In this document: positions 47,869-59,555 of the stretch, piece after piece | Numbering within the stretch: the first letter of the stretch is position 1 | Layout of the letters: each line of letters starts with the position of its first letter | Assembly: GCA_026399375.1 (NCBI GenBank) | Contig: JAPLRD010000036.1 | Span: 2,078-66,077 of the forward strand | DNA: 64,000 nucleotides | Source: Pseudomonadota bacterium | GTDB taxonomy: Bacteria; Pseudomonadota; Gammaproteobacteria; Burkholderiales; SG8-39 | Direction of reading: 5' to 3' | Program-made: the position numbers and the translations under genes | The notes under the pieces: model-generated | Told to the model about the DNA's origin: nothing | Database searches by the model: none | Seen by the model: the letters and a program-made list of their open reading frames with translations, nothing else

Positions 47869-48900
47869 ATGTCCCACCAAGTCACCATCCGCCCCAGCGG
47901 CCACTGCTTTAACGTAGAGCCGGACGAAACCGTGCTCGTCGCCGCACTGCGCGAGGGGTTCGGCCTCGCCTACGGCTGCCGCAACGGCGCCTGCGGCAGC
48001 TGCAAGGGCAAACTGCTTGAAGGTAAAATCGATTACGGCAAACATTCGGATACCGCGCTGTCGGCCGAGGAACAGGCAAACGGCCTGGCGCTGTTTTGCG
48101 TCGCCCGCCCGCTGGGCGACATCGTCATCGAGTGCCGCGAGGTCGGCGCGATCAAAGACCAGCAGACCAAGATTCTGCCCTGCCGCGTGCAGGCCATCGA
48201 CAAACCTGCGCCAGACGTAGCGGTCATCTTCCTCAAGCTTCCGGCAAACGAGCGCCTGCAGTATCTGGCCGGGCAGTATATCGAGTTCTTGCTCAAGGAC
48301 GGCAAACGGCGCAGTTATTCCATGGCCAATGCGCCGCACGACGACGCGCTGCTGCAAATTCACATACGTCATCTCCCGGGCGGCCTGTTCACCGATCACG
48401 TGTTCGAAACGCTGAAAGCGCGCGATATCCTGCGTTTCGAAGGTCCGCACGGCACCTTCTTCCTGCGCGAGGACAGCGAAAAGCCGATGGTGTTGCTGGC
48501 GAGCGGCACCGGCTTTGCGCCGATCAAGGCCATGGTCGAACACGCACTGTACAAGGGCATCGCACGACCCATGACCCTGTACTGGGGCGGGCGCCGCCCG
48601 CAGGACCTGTACATGGACGAACTCGCCCGGAGCTGGGCAGCCGAACACCCCCACTTCAACTACGTACCCGTGGTGTCAGACGCCCTCCCCGAAGACGCCT
48701 GGACCGGACGCAGCGGTTTTGTCCATCGCGCGGTGATGGAGGATTTTCCCGACCTCTCCGGCCATCAGGTTTATGCCTGCGGTGCGCCGTTGGTGATCGA
48801 GGCGGCACGCCATGAATTCAGCGCGCACTGCGCACTACCGCCGGAAGAATTTTGTGCCGACTCCTTCACCTCGGAAGCCGATCTGGCCAAAGTGAGGTAA
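47869..48900 (+). CDS. 2Fe-2S ferredoxin-NAD(P)+ reductase fusion (CDP-6-deoxy-delta-3,4-glucoseen reductase-like)
   Basis: Start at MSHQVTIRPSG. Plant-type ferredoxin CRNGACGSCK...C; FAD motif RSYSMAN; NAD motif LLASGTGFAP. Confidence 0.85.
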   Translation: MSHQVTIRPSGHCFNVEPDETVLVAALREGFGLAYGCRNGACGSCKGKLLEGKIDYGKHSDTALSAEEQANGLALFCVARPLGDIVIECREVGAIKDQQTKILPCRVQAIDKPAPDVAVIFLKLPANERLQYLAGQYIEFLLKDGKRRSYSMANAPHDDALLQIHIRHLPGGLFTDHVFETLKARDILRFEGPHGTFFLREDSEKPMVLLASGTGFAPIKAMVEHALYKGIARPMTLYWGGRRPQDLYMDELARSWAAEHPHFNYVPVVSDALPEDAWTGRSGFVHRAVMEDFPDLSGHQVYACGAPLVIEAARHEFSAHCALPPEEFCADSFTSEADLAKVR

Positions 48901-48933
48901 AGGGTACGGTCCTCCGCTCAGTCCGGCCTTAGG

Positions 48934-49650
<717 letters not shown>

Positions 49651-49762
49651 GCCGCGCCGCCTCCGAGCCTTTGGCTTGGCTCGAGCGCCGGTGTCGTCGG
49701 CGTCCGGCGGCAATCGCGGTCGGTCGCATCCCCATCTTTCAGATGGGGCCCCTGCTTCCTGC

Positions 49763-50538
<776 letters not shown>

Positions 50539-50542
<4 letters not shown>

Positions 50543-51600
50543 GGATTCTTCGCCAATTCGCGCTTCCTGACGGCCGAGGGCAGCAAGCCGGCCGGCCGGT
50601 ACAGCATCATCAGCACCAGCGCCGAGCCGAACAGCAGCATGCGTATCACTTCCGGATCGACGATGGATTTCCCGAACAGCGATTTCTGCAGCGGTTCCAC
50701 CGTATAGCGCAGCAGTTCGGGCACGAACGACAGCAGTACCGCGCCCAGAACCACGCCCCAAACATTGCCCATGCCGCCGAGCACCACCATCGACAGCACC
50801 ATCACCGATTCGACCAGTACGAAACTTTCCGGGCTGATGAAGCCCTGGATGGCGGCGAACATGCCGCCCGCCACGCCGCCGAAGGAGGCGCCCATGGCGA
50901 ACGCGAGCAGCTTGATGCGGGTGGTATTGATGCCCATCGCCCGCGCCGCGATCTCATCCTCGCGCACCGCTTCCCACGCGCGTCCGATACGGGAGTGCTG
51001 AAGCCTGAGGGTCATCACAATTGCCAGCAGCAGAAGCACGAGCAGCAGGTAGTAATACTTGATCGGCCCTGAAAACACGAGTCCGGATATGGTCTCGGTC
51101 TGGTTGAAACTGAAGCTGCCGAGGCGGAACGGATCAATGCGCGAAATGCCCTGGGGGCCGTTGGTGATGTTGACTGGCTGCGACAGGTTGTTGAGAAAAA
51201 TGCGTACGATCTCGCCGAAACCGAGCGTCACGATGGCCAGGTAGTCGCCGCGCAATTTGAGCGTGGGCGCGCCCAGCAGGACACCGAACAGGCAAGCCAC
51301 CAGCGCGCCTATGGGCAGGATGACCCAGAAGGGCAGGTGCAGATTGAAGTGCGGCGAAGCGAGGAGCGCATAAGCGTAGGCGCCTACCGCATAGAAAGCG
51401 ATGTAACCGAGATCGAGCAGCCCGGCGAAGCCGACGACAATGTTCAGCCCCAGCGACAGGAACACGAACAGGATGGCGAAGTTGGTGATCCGCACCCAGG
51501 CCGTTCCCACACTGGCGAGCGCGAACGGCAGACCGATCAGCGCGAGCGCGATCAGCGCCACGCCTATCCACTTTGCCTGCGGCTTGGCGAACATGTTCAT
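50539..51600 (-). CDS. livM: Branched-chain amino acid ABC transporter permease
   Basis: 353 aa polytopic membrane protein in the LivM position. Confidence 0.92.
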
Positions 51601-51643
51601 TGCGCGTTCCGCCCTGCGGACGCGCCCGATTCTGCCGCGCTTC

Positions 51644-52567
51644 TCAAGCCCGGTCCCCCACGCGCTCGCCCAGCAATCCGGAGGGACGGAACACCAGCAC
51701 CGCGATCAGGACCAGAAAGGCGAACACGTCCTGGTAATTGCTGCCGAAAACGTTATTGGTCAGATCGCCGATATAGCCCGCGGTGAGCGCTTCCACGACG
51801 CCCAGCAGGATTCCGCCCAGCATCGCCCCGGCAAGATTGCCGATTCCTCCCAGCACTGCGGCAGAGAACGCTTTCATGCCCAGGAGCGAACCCATGCTGT
51901 AGTGCGCGACGCCGTAATAGGTGCCGACCATGACGCCGGCGACCGCACCCAGCGCCGCGCCGACGATGAACGTGAAGGCGATGACGCGGTCTATGTCTAT
52001 GCCCATGAGGCCTGCGACCTGTGGATTTTGCGAAGTGGCGCGCATGGCGATACCGAGCTTGGTGCGATACACCATCAGCGTGAGTGCGCCCATCATCAGC
52101 AAGGAAGTGATGATGATCGCGATCTGCACGCCGGTGATGATGGCGCCGCCGACTTCGAAGCTGGCGAGCGGAATGATCTGCGGAAAGGCCAGCGGGTTGC
52201 GGCTCCACACCAGGAGTGCCACATGCTGCAGGATGATGGAAATGCCGATGGCCGTGATCAGGGGCGCGAGCCGCGGCGCGCCGCGCAGAGGCCGGTAGGC
52301 GATGCGCTCCATCGCATAACCGACCAGCATGCACACCGGAATGGCGACCAGTATTCCCGCAAGCACGATCAGCACCGGCGGCAGGGAAGTGCCGACGAGC
52401 AGCGTGATCACGGAGAACGCGACCATCGCCCCTATCATCACCACTTCGCCGTGGGCGAAGTTGATCAGCTGGATGATGCCGTAAACCATGGTGTAGCCCA
52501 GCGCGACCACGGCGTAGACGCTGCCCAGCGTGAGGCCGTTGATGATCTGCTGCAGGAAGATATCCAT
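51644..52567 (-). CDS. livH: Branched-chain amino acid ABC transporter permease
   Basis: 307 aa with the start MDIFLQQIINGLTLGSVYAVVALGYTMVYG, typical of LivH. Confidence 0.93.
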   Translation of the reverse strand: MDIFLQQIINGLTLGSVYAVVALGYTMVYGIIQLINFAHGEVVMIGAMVAFSVITLLVGTSLPPVLIVLAGILVAIPVCMLVGYAMERIAYRPLRGAPRLAPLITAIGISIILQHVALLVWSRNPLAFPQIIPLASFEVGGAIITGVQIAIIITSLLMMGALTLMVYRTKLGIAMRATSQNPQVAGLMGIDIDRVIAFTFIVGAALGAVAGVMVGTYYGVAHYSMGSLLGMKAFSAAVLGGIGNLAGAMLGGILLGVVEALTAGYIGDLTNNVFGSNYQDVFAFLVLIAVLVFRPSGLLGERVGDRA

Positions 52568-52642
52568 GGCTGCGCTGATTAAAGCCTAAAGGCGCATGGA
52601 ACGCAAAACTGTTCTTTTCCAATCCGCCTGATCTGGCGGCGA

Positions 52643-52673
52643 GCGCAAGAAAACGGCGCCCTGAGGCGCCGTT
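52643..52673 (-). terminator. Rho-independent terminator/attenuator between livK-like and livH
   Basis: On the minus strand, aacggcgcc-tcag-ggcgccgtt is followed by ttcttgcgc. Confidence 0.65.
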
Positions 52674-52709
52674 CTTGACCAGATGAAACCGAAATCACCC
52701 TCTTGGGGC

Positions 52710-54044
52710 TTACTTTTTTGCGGCGTCCGCCGCCTTTGCCGGTTCAGCCGCCGCTTTGGGTGCATCGCCGGCTTTCGCCGGTTCGCCTGCCTTTGCGGCG
52801 GGTGCAGCAGCGGGCGCAGGTGCCGCAGGCGGTTCGGCCGCCTTGAGGAAGTCTTCGAACTTGATCGTCTTGCCGCTCTTGATGATGGCGATCGGCTCGA
52901 TCTTGCCGCTCTTCATGGTGAAGATCGTCATCTCCGCATCCTTGCGATCGCCTTTCTCGTCGAACTCGATCTTGCCGCTCGCCCCCGCATAGCTGATCTT
53001 GGCCAACTCCGGCAGATACTTCGCGGGATCGGGCGAGTTCGCCTTCTTCATCGCTTCTATCATCAGGTTCGCGGCGTCGTAGGTGAACGGGGCGTACAGG
53101 ATGGGATCGATCTTGAATTTCGCCTTGTAGGCGTCGAGGAACTTCTTGTTCGCGGCCTGGACCGGGAGACCCGCCTGCGAGCAGAGCAGGCCTTCCGCGG
53201 CATCACCCGCAAGCTCCTTCATCTTGTCGGTGCAGGCGCCGTCGCCGAACGCGAACACCGCCTTGATGCCGAGTTCCCGGCCCTGCTTCAGCAGCGGACC
53301 GCCGGTGGCGTCCATGCCGCCGTAGAACACGGCATCCGGCTTCTTGCCTTTCACTTTGGTGAGGATGGCCTTGAAGTCGGCGGTCTTGTCCGTGCCCTTT
53401 TCGCGCGGCAGAACTTTGACTCCCGCTGCTTTCAGCGTTTTCTCTACTTCGTTGGCGAGGCCCTCGCCGTAGGCGGTGGCGTCGTCGATCACTGCAACGG
53501 TCTTCGGTTTGATTTCCCCGGCCAGGTAACTCGCGATCGCCGGCCCCTGCTGATCGTCGCGGCCGACGACGCGGAACACGGTCTTGAAACCCTGCTCGGT
53601 GAGCTGCGGATTGGTCGACGAACCGCTGATCATCGGCACGCCATCCTGGTTGTAAATCGTCGATGCCGGTATGGACACGCCGGAATTGAGGTGGCCGACC
53701 ACACCCGCGACTTTCGCGTCGACCAGCTTCTGTGCCACTGTCGTGCCGACCTTCGGGTCGGCCTGATCATCCTCGGCGACCAATTCCAGCCTGACGTTCT
53801 TGCCATCGAGCTTGATGCCCTTGGAATTGGCTTCCTCGACTGCCAGACGCGCACCGTTTTCGTTGTCCTTGCCCAGGTGCGCGATGCCGCCCGTGAGCGG
53901 GCCCACGTGACCGAGTTTGACCACCATCGGAGGCGGCGGGGGCGGCGGCGCGGCCGGTTCGAGCTTCTTTTCTTCGCCGCAACCGGCGAAAGTGAGCGCC
54001 GCGATGGCGGCGAGTACGGCCAGACTGAACTGAGTGCGTTGCAT
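52710..54044 (-). CDS. livK: Leu/Ile/Val-binding lipoprotein (LivK/LivJ-like) with Pro/Ala/Lys-rich termini
   Basis: Start at MQRTQFSL is preceded by GGGAGA. Lipobox FAGC, followed by a PPPPPPP linker. The PBP core is VKLGHVGPLTGGIAHLGKDNENGARLAVEE. There is a PAK-rich C-terminal tail of about 45 aa. Confidence 0.9.
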   Translation of the reverse strand: MQRTQFSLAVLAAIAALTFAGCGEEKKLEPAAPPPPPPPMVVKLGHVGPLTGGIAHLGKDNENGARLAVEEANSKGIKLDGKNVRLELVAEDDQADPKVGTTVAQKLVDAKVAGVVGHLNSGVSIPASTIYNQDGVPMISGSSTNPQLTEQGFKTVFRVVGRDDQQGPAIASYLAGEIKPKTVAVIDDATAYGEGLANEVEKTLKAAGVKVLPREKGTDKTADFKAILTKVKGKKPDAVFYGGMDATGGPLLKQGRELGIKAVFAFGDGACTDKMKELAGDAAEGLLCSQAGLPVQAANKKFLDAYKAKFKIDPILYAPFTYDAANLMIEAMKKANSPDPAKYLPELAKISYAGASGKIEFDEKGDRKDAEMTIFTMKSGKIEPIAIIKSGKTIKFEDFLKAAEPPAAPAPAAAPAAKAGEPAKAGDAPKAAAEPAKAADAAKK

Positions 54045-54111
54045 GGAAATCTCCCGTGGAAAAGGCGGGATGATTCTAACACCGGCGGCTACTGGCGGCC
54101 TCGTGCCTGGC

Positions 54112-54136
54112 ACAAAAAAGCCGGCGCGAGGCCGGC
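54112..54136 (-). terminator. Rho-independent terminator after the small cytochrome c gene
   Basis: On the minus strand, gccggc-ctcgc-gccggc is followed by ttttttgtg. Confidence 0.7.
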
Positions 54137-54159
54137 CTTGTCCGCGGCAGCCGGTGCGT

Positions 54160-54477
54160 CTATTTCTTGGCTGCCAGCACCCACTTGACCAGGGTCTTGA
54201 TGTCCGCGTCCGGCACCGCTGCGTTGGGCGGCATCGGAACCTGACCCCATGCGCCGGCGCCGCCGTTCTTGACCTTGGTGATCAGCTTCGCTTCCGCGCC
54301 CGCGTCGCCCTTGTACTTGGCGGCGACCTCGACATAGGCCGGTCCGATCACTTTCTTGTCCATGGCGTGACAGGTGAGGCAGTTGTACTTCTTTGCCAGT
54401 GCTTCGGAAGCGACTGCATTGCCGGCGCTGGCCAGCAGCCCAGCGGAAACGATTAACGAGGTAACCAGAGTCTTCAC
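54160..54477 (-). CDS. Class I monoheme cytochrome c (c551/c552-like)
   Basis: GTG start at 54477 is preceded by AAGGAGA. It has a signal peptide, a CLTCHAMDKKVIGPAY heme site and a distal ..WGQVPMPPN Met ligand. 105 aa; the longer track ORF reaching 54960 is unsupported. Confidence 0.85.
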   Translation of the reverse strand: MKTLVTSLIVSAGLLASAGNAVASEALAKKYNCLTCHAMDKKVIGPAYVEVAAKYKGDAGAEAKLITKVKNGGAGAWGQVPMPPNAAVPDADIKTLVKWVLAAKK

Positions 54478-54520
54478 TATCTCTCCTTGGGAAAGTATCG
54501 GGATGGCAAACCGCCGGATA

Positions 54521-56623
54521 TTACCCGACTTCGGGCGCTTCCAGCACGTGGAGCAATAATTCCAAATTATCCACGGGCGGCAGACAAGTAACGCCCTCAC
54601 ACACCCATGCGTTGACAACGCCGGAGACAGAAGGCTTGGCAAGCAGGGGCGAAAGGCCGGTGGTTTCATCGGGAACCGCGAAAATGAGCACGGCCGGAAG
54701 GTACCGCTGGCCCAGCGCCTTCTGCCACCGTCGCAGTTCCACGAGTGGTCCGCGCAGTACGACCACCCGGGGCGGCGCCATCGCCTCCTCCAGCGCCACG
54801 AGCAGGCTGGTATGGCCGTTCGGATGCTGCGCCAGGGCCGGATAGAAGAGCTGCAGCGTGCGCTCGGCAGCGTCGAGGTAACGCGATTCGCCGGTAATGT
54901 GACCCAGGCGCTGCAGGGCGAGCGCCGCCACGCCGTTGCCCGACGGCGTGGCGCCGTCATAACCCGGTTTGGGCCGGTGGATCAACTGTTCGTGGTCGTG
55001 GCTGGTGAAGAAGAACCCGCCCAGAGCGGGATCGCAGAACTGTTCCAACAGCGAATCGGCCAGGTCCTCGGCGAATGCGAGATCGCGAGGCTGAAAGTCG
55101 GTCTGCATGACTTCGACCAAGGCAGCGAGCAGGAAGGCGTAATCGTCTAGGTAGGCGTTCAGGTGCGCGCGGCCGTCTTTGCAGGTGGCGAGCAGGCGGG
55201 CGCGCGCCGATCCCGCTTCTTCCTGCCACAGTGCGCCGCGGATGAATTCGAGCGCGGCGCGGGCGGAGCCCAGCCACTCGGGGCGCCCGAACACGCGCGC
55301 CGCCCGGGCCATGCCGGCAATCGTCAGCGCGTTCCAGCTGGTGAGGATCTTCTCGTCGCGTCCGGGGTGGATGCGCCGCTCGCGCGCTGCATACAACTTG
55401 GCGCGAGCGCCGGCGAGCAGCGCGCCGCATTCCTGTTCGGGCTTTTCCAATGCGCCGGCGATGTCCCCCAACCCGCGCGCGACATGCAAATGCCAGTGTG
55501 TTCCCTCGAAATTGGGGCTGTCCACCAAGCCGTAATGGGGAGCACACACGGCGTATTCGTCGCCGTCGAGCAGGGCGCGCGCCTCATCCGGGGTCCAGAC
55601 ATAGAACTTGCCTTCCTCGTGCTCCGAATCCGCGTCCAGACTGGAGTAATAGCCGCCTTCGGGCGATTGCATTTCGCGCATGATCCAGGCCGCGGTTTCC
55701 CCGGCGACGGCGGCGAACAACGGATCACGCGTCAGCGCCCAGGCGTCGCTGTAGCACGCGAGCAGCGGACCGTTGTCATAGAGCATTTTCTCGAAGTGCG
55801 GGATGAGCCAGTGCGCGTCCACGCTGTAGCGACTGAAGCCGCCGCCGAGCTGATCGTATATGCCGCCTAGGGCCATCCGGCGCAGGGTGTGGACCGCCAT
55901 GTTCAGCGGCTCGATCGCGTCATCCCCGCCACCGACCGCACCAGGGTGCATGCCACCGCCGGCATGGTGCCGCAGGCATAGATCGAGGTCGGTCGGATGC
56001 GGAAACTTGGGAGCTGAGCCGAAGCCGCCGTCGCGCGCATCGAAACTCGCCGCCAGATTCTGCAAGGCCAGTCCTATCGGCGCGCGGGTGAACTCGGAAT
56101 GGTGCGCCGGGCTCGCCGGCTGCACACGCTCGAAACCGCCGAGTATGGCCTCGCCCTGGCGTGTTATCTGCTCGCGCTCGGAGCGGTAGAACTGCACCAC
56201 GCGCCGCAACAGATCGGGAAATCCCGGCAAGCCGTAACGCGGCGTCTTGGGAAAATACGTTCCTCCGTAGAACGGCCTTTGCTCGGGCGTCAGGAACATG
56301 GTGAGCGGCCAGCCGCCGGAACGCTGGCTGATCATCTGGTGCGCCAATTGGTAAATCTGATCCAGATCGGGCCGCTCCTCCCGATCGACCTTGATATTGA
56401 TGAAGAACCGGTTCATCAGCGCGGCGACATCGGCGTCTTCGAACGATTCGTGCGCCATCACATGACACCAGTGGCAGGCGGAGTAGCCGATCGACAGCAG
56501 GATCGGTTTGTCCTCCACGCGAGCCGCCTGCAGCGCCTCTTCGCCCCAGGCGTACCAGTCCACCGGGTTGCCTGAGTGCTGCTGCAGATAGGGGCTGGTT
56601 TCCCGGGCTAGGCGGTTTGGCAT
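54521..56623 (-). CDS. Thioredoxin-domain (DUF255) / six-hairpin glycosidase-like protein, YyaL family
   Basis: 700 aa with the N-terminus [29 protein letters not shown] and the CHWCHVM motif. Confidence 0.9.
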   Translation of the reverse strand: MPNRLARETSPYLQQHSGNPVDWYAWGEEALQAARVEDKPILLSIGYSACHWCHVMAHESFEDADVAALMNRFFINIKVDREERPDLDQIYQLAHQMISQRSGGWPLTMFLTPEQRPFYGGTYFPKTPRYGLPGFPDLLRRVVQFYRSEREQITRQGEAILGGFERVQPASPAHHSEFTRAPIGLALQNLAASFDARDGGFGSAPKFPHPTDLDLCLRHHAGGGMHPGAVGGGDDAIEPLNMAVHTLRRMALGGIYDQLGGGFSRYSVDAHWLIPHFEKMLYDNGPLLACYSDAWALTRDPLFAAVAGETAAWIMREMQSPEGGYYSSLDADSEHEEGKFYVWTPDEARALLDGDEYAVCAPHYGLVDSPNFEGTHWHLHVARGLGDIAGALEKPEQECGALLAGARAKLYAARERRIHPGRDEKILTSWNALTIAGMARAARVFGRPEWLGSARAALEFIRGALWQEEAGSARARLLATCKDGRAHLNAYLDDYAFLLAALVEVMQTDFQPRDLAFAEDLADSLLEQFCDPALGGFFFTSHDHEQLIHRPKPGYDGATPSGNGVAALALQRLGHITGESRYLDAAERTLQLFYPALAQHPNGHTSLLVALEEAMAPPRVVVLRGPLVELRRWQKALGQRYLPAVLIFAVPDETTGLSPLLAKPSVSGVVNAWVCEGVTCLPPVDNLELLLHVLEAPEVG

Positions 56624-56642
56624 TGCATCATGGGAATGTGCG

Positions 56643-56692
56643 ATGGGGCACGGTAAGGAATAGGACGCTTCTGCTCCTTACCGGTTCCCCAT
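56643..56692. other. Long imperfect hairpin in the ilvD/yyaL-like intergenic region
   Basis: An outer pairing atgggg/ccccat and an inner 9-bp pairing cggtaagga/tccttaccg enclose a 15-nt loop. Confidence 0.35.
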
Positions 56693-56755
56693 TACCGGAA
56701 TTGGGTTCATGGAAGCCGTCGCCTGACGACGGCTGCTTCCAGATACATACGGCGG

Positions 56756-58401
56756 CTACAGGTCGCCGTCGGTGATCGCGCCCAGACTCGCGGTCGACAC
56801 CAGTTTCATGTATTTCGCCAGCAGGCCGCGGGTGTAGCGCGGTTTGGGCGCCTTCCATTTCTTGCGCCGCGCCGCCAGTTCCTTCGCCGTGACGTTCACC
56901 TGGATCAGGCGCTTCTTCGCGTCGATGGTGATGGAGTCGCCCTCCTTCACCAGCGCGATCGGCCCGCCGACATAGGCTTCCGGCGCGACGTGGCCGACGA
57001 CCATGCCCCAAGTGCCGCCGGAGAAGCGGCCATCGGTGATCAACCCCACCGACTCACCAAGTCCCTGGCCAATTAGCGCCGAAGTGGGCGCCAACATCTC
57101 CTGCATTCCCGGGCCGCCTTTGGGCCCTTCGTAACGGATCACGATCACGTCGCCCGGCTTGATGCGCTTCGCCATGATCGCGTCCATGCATTTCGGCTCG
57201 GAATCGAATACGCGCGCCGGGCCGGTGATGGACGGGTTCTTCAGGCCGGTGATCTTGGCCACGCAGCCTTCGGGCGCGAGGTTGCCCTTGAGGATGGCGA
57301 GATGACCCTGCGCGTACATCGGCTTTGCCCATTGGCGGATCACGTCCTGGTCGCTGCGCGGCGCATTCGGTATCTTCGCCAGTTCCTGGGCGATGGTGCG
57401 CCCGGTGATGGTCATGCAATCGCCGTGGAGCAAACCGTGCACCAGCAGCATTTTCAGCACCTGCGGCACGCCGCCCGCGCGATGGAAATCCACCGCCACG
57501 TACTGGCCCGACGGTTTCAGGTCGCACAGTACCGGCACCTTGCGCCGTACGCGCTCGAAATCGTCTATGCTCCACTTCACGCCGGCGGCCGAGGCGATCG
57601 CCAGGAAGTGCAGCACCGCGTTGGTCGAACCGCCGGTGGCCATGATCAGGCTGACCGCGTTTTCAATCGACTTGCGCGTGATGATCTGCCGCGGCAGGAT
57701 CTGCTTGCGTATCGCGTTCACCAAAACGGCGGCCGAGTCCGCGGCGGATATCGCTTTCTCCGCGTCGGGCGACGCCATCTGCGAGGACCCCATCAGGCTC
57801 ATACCCATAGCCTCGAAGGAGGACGACATGGTGTTGGCGGTGTACATGCCGCCGCAGGCACCAACGGTCGGGCAGGCGTTTTTTTCCACGCCGACAAAAT
57901 CTTCCTTGCTCATCTTGCCGGCGGTGTAGGCGCCGACCGCCTCGAACGCGCTGACGATGGTGAGGTCCTGGCCCTTCCATCTGCCCGGTTTGATGGTCCC
58001 CGCATAGACGTAGATACCGGGAATGTTCATGCGCGCGATGGCCATCATGCCGCCGGGCATGTTCTTGTCGCAGCCGCCGCACACCAGCACGCCGTCCATG
58101 GCCTGACCGTTGACCGAGGTCTCGATGCAGTCGGCGATGACCTCGCGCGACACCAGGCTGTATTTCATCGCCTCGGTGACACCTGAGGCTTGGCCCCGGC
58201 GGCTTCGAGCGCCGCCATGGCGCGGTCGACCAGCGGCTGGATGCCGGCGTTGCAGGGATTCATGGTCGAATGCCCGTTGGCCACGCCGACGATGGGCTTG
58301 TCGAAATCGCCGTCGCGAAAGCCGACGGCGCGCAGCATGGCGCGGTTGGGCGAGCGGGCCACGCCCTGGGTGATGAGTTTGCTTCTGCGGTTATCCGCCA
58401 T
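56756..58401 (-). pseudogene. ilvD: Dihydroxy-acid dehydratase, interrupted (two overlapping frames)
   Basis: N-terminal 73 aa (..[41 protein letters not shown]) lie in ORF 58165..58401. The rest, from [13 protein letters not shown].. to the C-terminus, lies in ORF 56756..58168 in another frame. The conserved ..FGTI.[8 protein letters not shown].. segment is absent. Confidence 0.8.
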
Positions 58402-58419
58402 GTTGCTCTCCTTCGTTTA

Positions 58420-59364
58420 TCACTGAGTTAAATTCTTCGTCGATGTGGCCGACGATATCACCGGCTCCGGCCGGATACAACCGAGTATGGCACCGCCGGC
58501 GACCATGACGAAGCCCGCGGCGTGGTAAAGAAACAGATGTTCGCCGATGAACAGGGCGGCGAATATACTGGAAAACACGGCCATGAGGTGAATCAGGATG
58601 CCGGCGCGCACCGCACCCACGCGTTCCACGCCGTAGCTGAAGAGCACCGTCGACACCAGCGTGGCCAGCGCGCCGATGTAGAACAGCCCCAGCAATTCGC
58701 GCGCGCCCAGACGGATCGAAGCGGTATGTACCCATTGATATGCCGCAAGAGGCAGCGTCAGCATTTCACCTATCAGCGACAGCACGAAGACGAAGGCATA
58801 TACCGACAGGGACTGCGGCCTGTCTTTCAAGCGGATCGTGTACAGCGCCCATGTCACCATGCCGCCCAGCATAAGGAGGTCGCCGTGATTGAATTCCAGA
58901 TGCAGCAGGGATCGCAAGTCGCCGTGCGCCAGTATCAGCAGTACGCCGCAAAGCGATATCGTGAGTCCGGCGGCTTCGAGCCTGCGCGGGCGGCGCGCAT
59001 ACCAGCCCCAGCTGATGAGAATGATGAGAACCGGTATGGTGGAATTGAGCAATCCGAGGTGGATGGCCGTGCTCGATGCAAGCCCGGTGTACACCAGCGC
59101 GGTCTGGGGAGCGCTACCGATCAGCGTAAGCAGCAGCAGCAATTTCCAGTCACGCCTGAGCGTCTGTCCGATCGCGCGCCGTTCCGGCCAGACGAACGGC
59201 AGCAGCACGACAAAAACGACGGCCCAGCGCGCCGATGCCATCACCAGCGGCGGAATCGCGTCCATCATCGCACGCGAAACGACGCCATTGCTGCCCCACA
59301 GCGCGGTAGTACAGACCAGGGCGGCGTAGGCTAGGGCGCGCGAGGAAGCGGGGATCGAAGGCAT
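58420..59364 (-). CDS. DMT superfamily (EamA-like) transporter
   Basis: Start at MPSIPASSRALAYAALV. 10-TM pattern with two EamA repeats. The track ORF extends to 59511 without support. Confidence 0.85.
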   Translation of the reverse strand: MPSIPASSRALAYAALVCTTALWGSNGVVSRAMMDAIPPLVMASARWAVVFVVLLPFVWPERRAIGQTLRRDWKLLLLLTLIGSAPQTALVYTGLASSTAIHLGLLNSTIPVLIILISWGWYARRPRRLEAAGLTISLCGVLLILAHGDLRSLLHLEFNHGDLLMLGGMVTWALYTIRLKDRPQSLSVYAFVFVLSLIGEMLTLPLAAYQWVHTASIRLGARELLGLFYIGALATLVSTVLFSYGVERVGAVRAGILIHLMAVFSSIFAALFIGEHLFLYHAAGFVMVAGGAILGCIRPEPVISSATSTKNLTQ

Positions 59365-59465
59365 GATGGTCTGGCGCCGCTGAATCGCCGCGGCAGTGTT
59401 ATATCGAGTGATAAACCTTACAATGAGCGTTGCATTGTAAGCCCCGCAGGCGTCGAACACGCACC

Positions 59466-59555
59466 ATGTTGATACATCCTCAAATCGATCCTGTCGTAAT
59501 CGACCCGTCACGTGCGATCGCGACTTACCCCTCTAGCGAAATTCGCCAATGCTGA
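59466..59555 (+). other. 29-codon upstream ORF that duplicates the lgt N-terminus ([10 protein letters not shown]...) and overlaps the lgt start
   Basis: My own translation is [29 protein letters not shown]. The first 10 codons encode the same peptide as lgt using different synonymous codons. The TGA at 59553-59555 lies just inside lgt (ATG at 59549). Confidence 0.3.

Noticed and set aside
54478-54960. 266-aa ORF 54160..54960 overlapping the 3' end of the YyaL-like gene
   Set aside because: Only the last 105 codons form a coherent signal peptide plus a monoheme cytochrome c. A GTG with an AAGGAGA site at 54477 explains the gene, and the rest overlaps the YyaL-like CDS.
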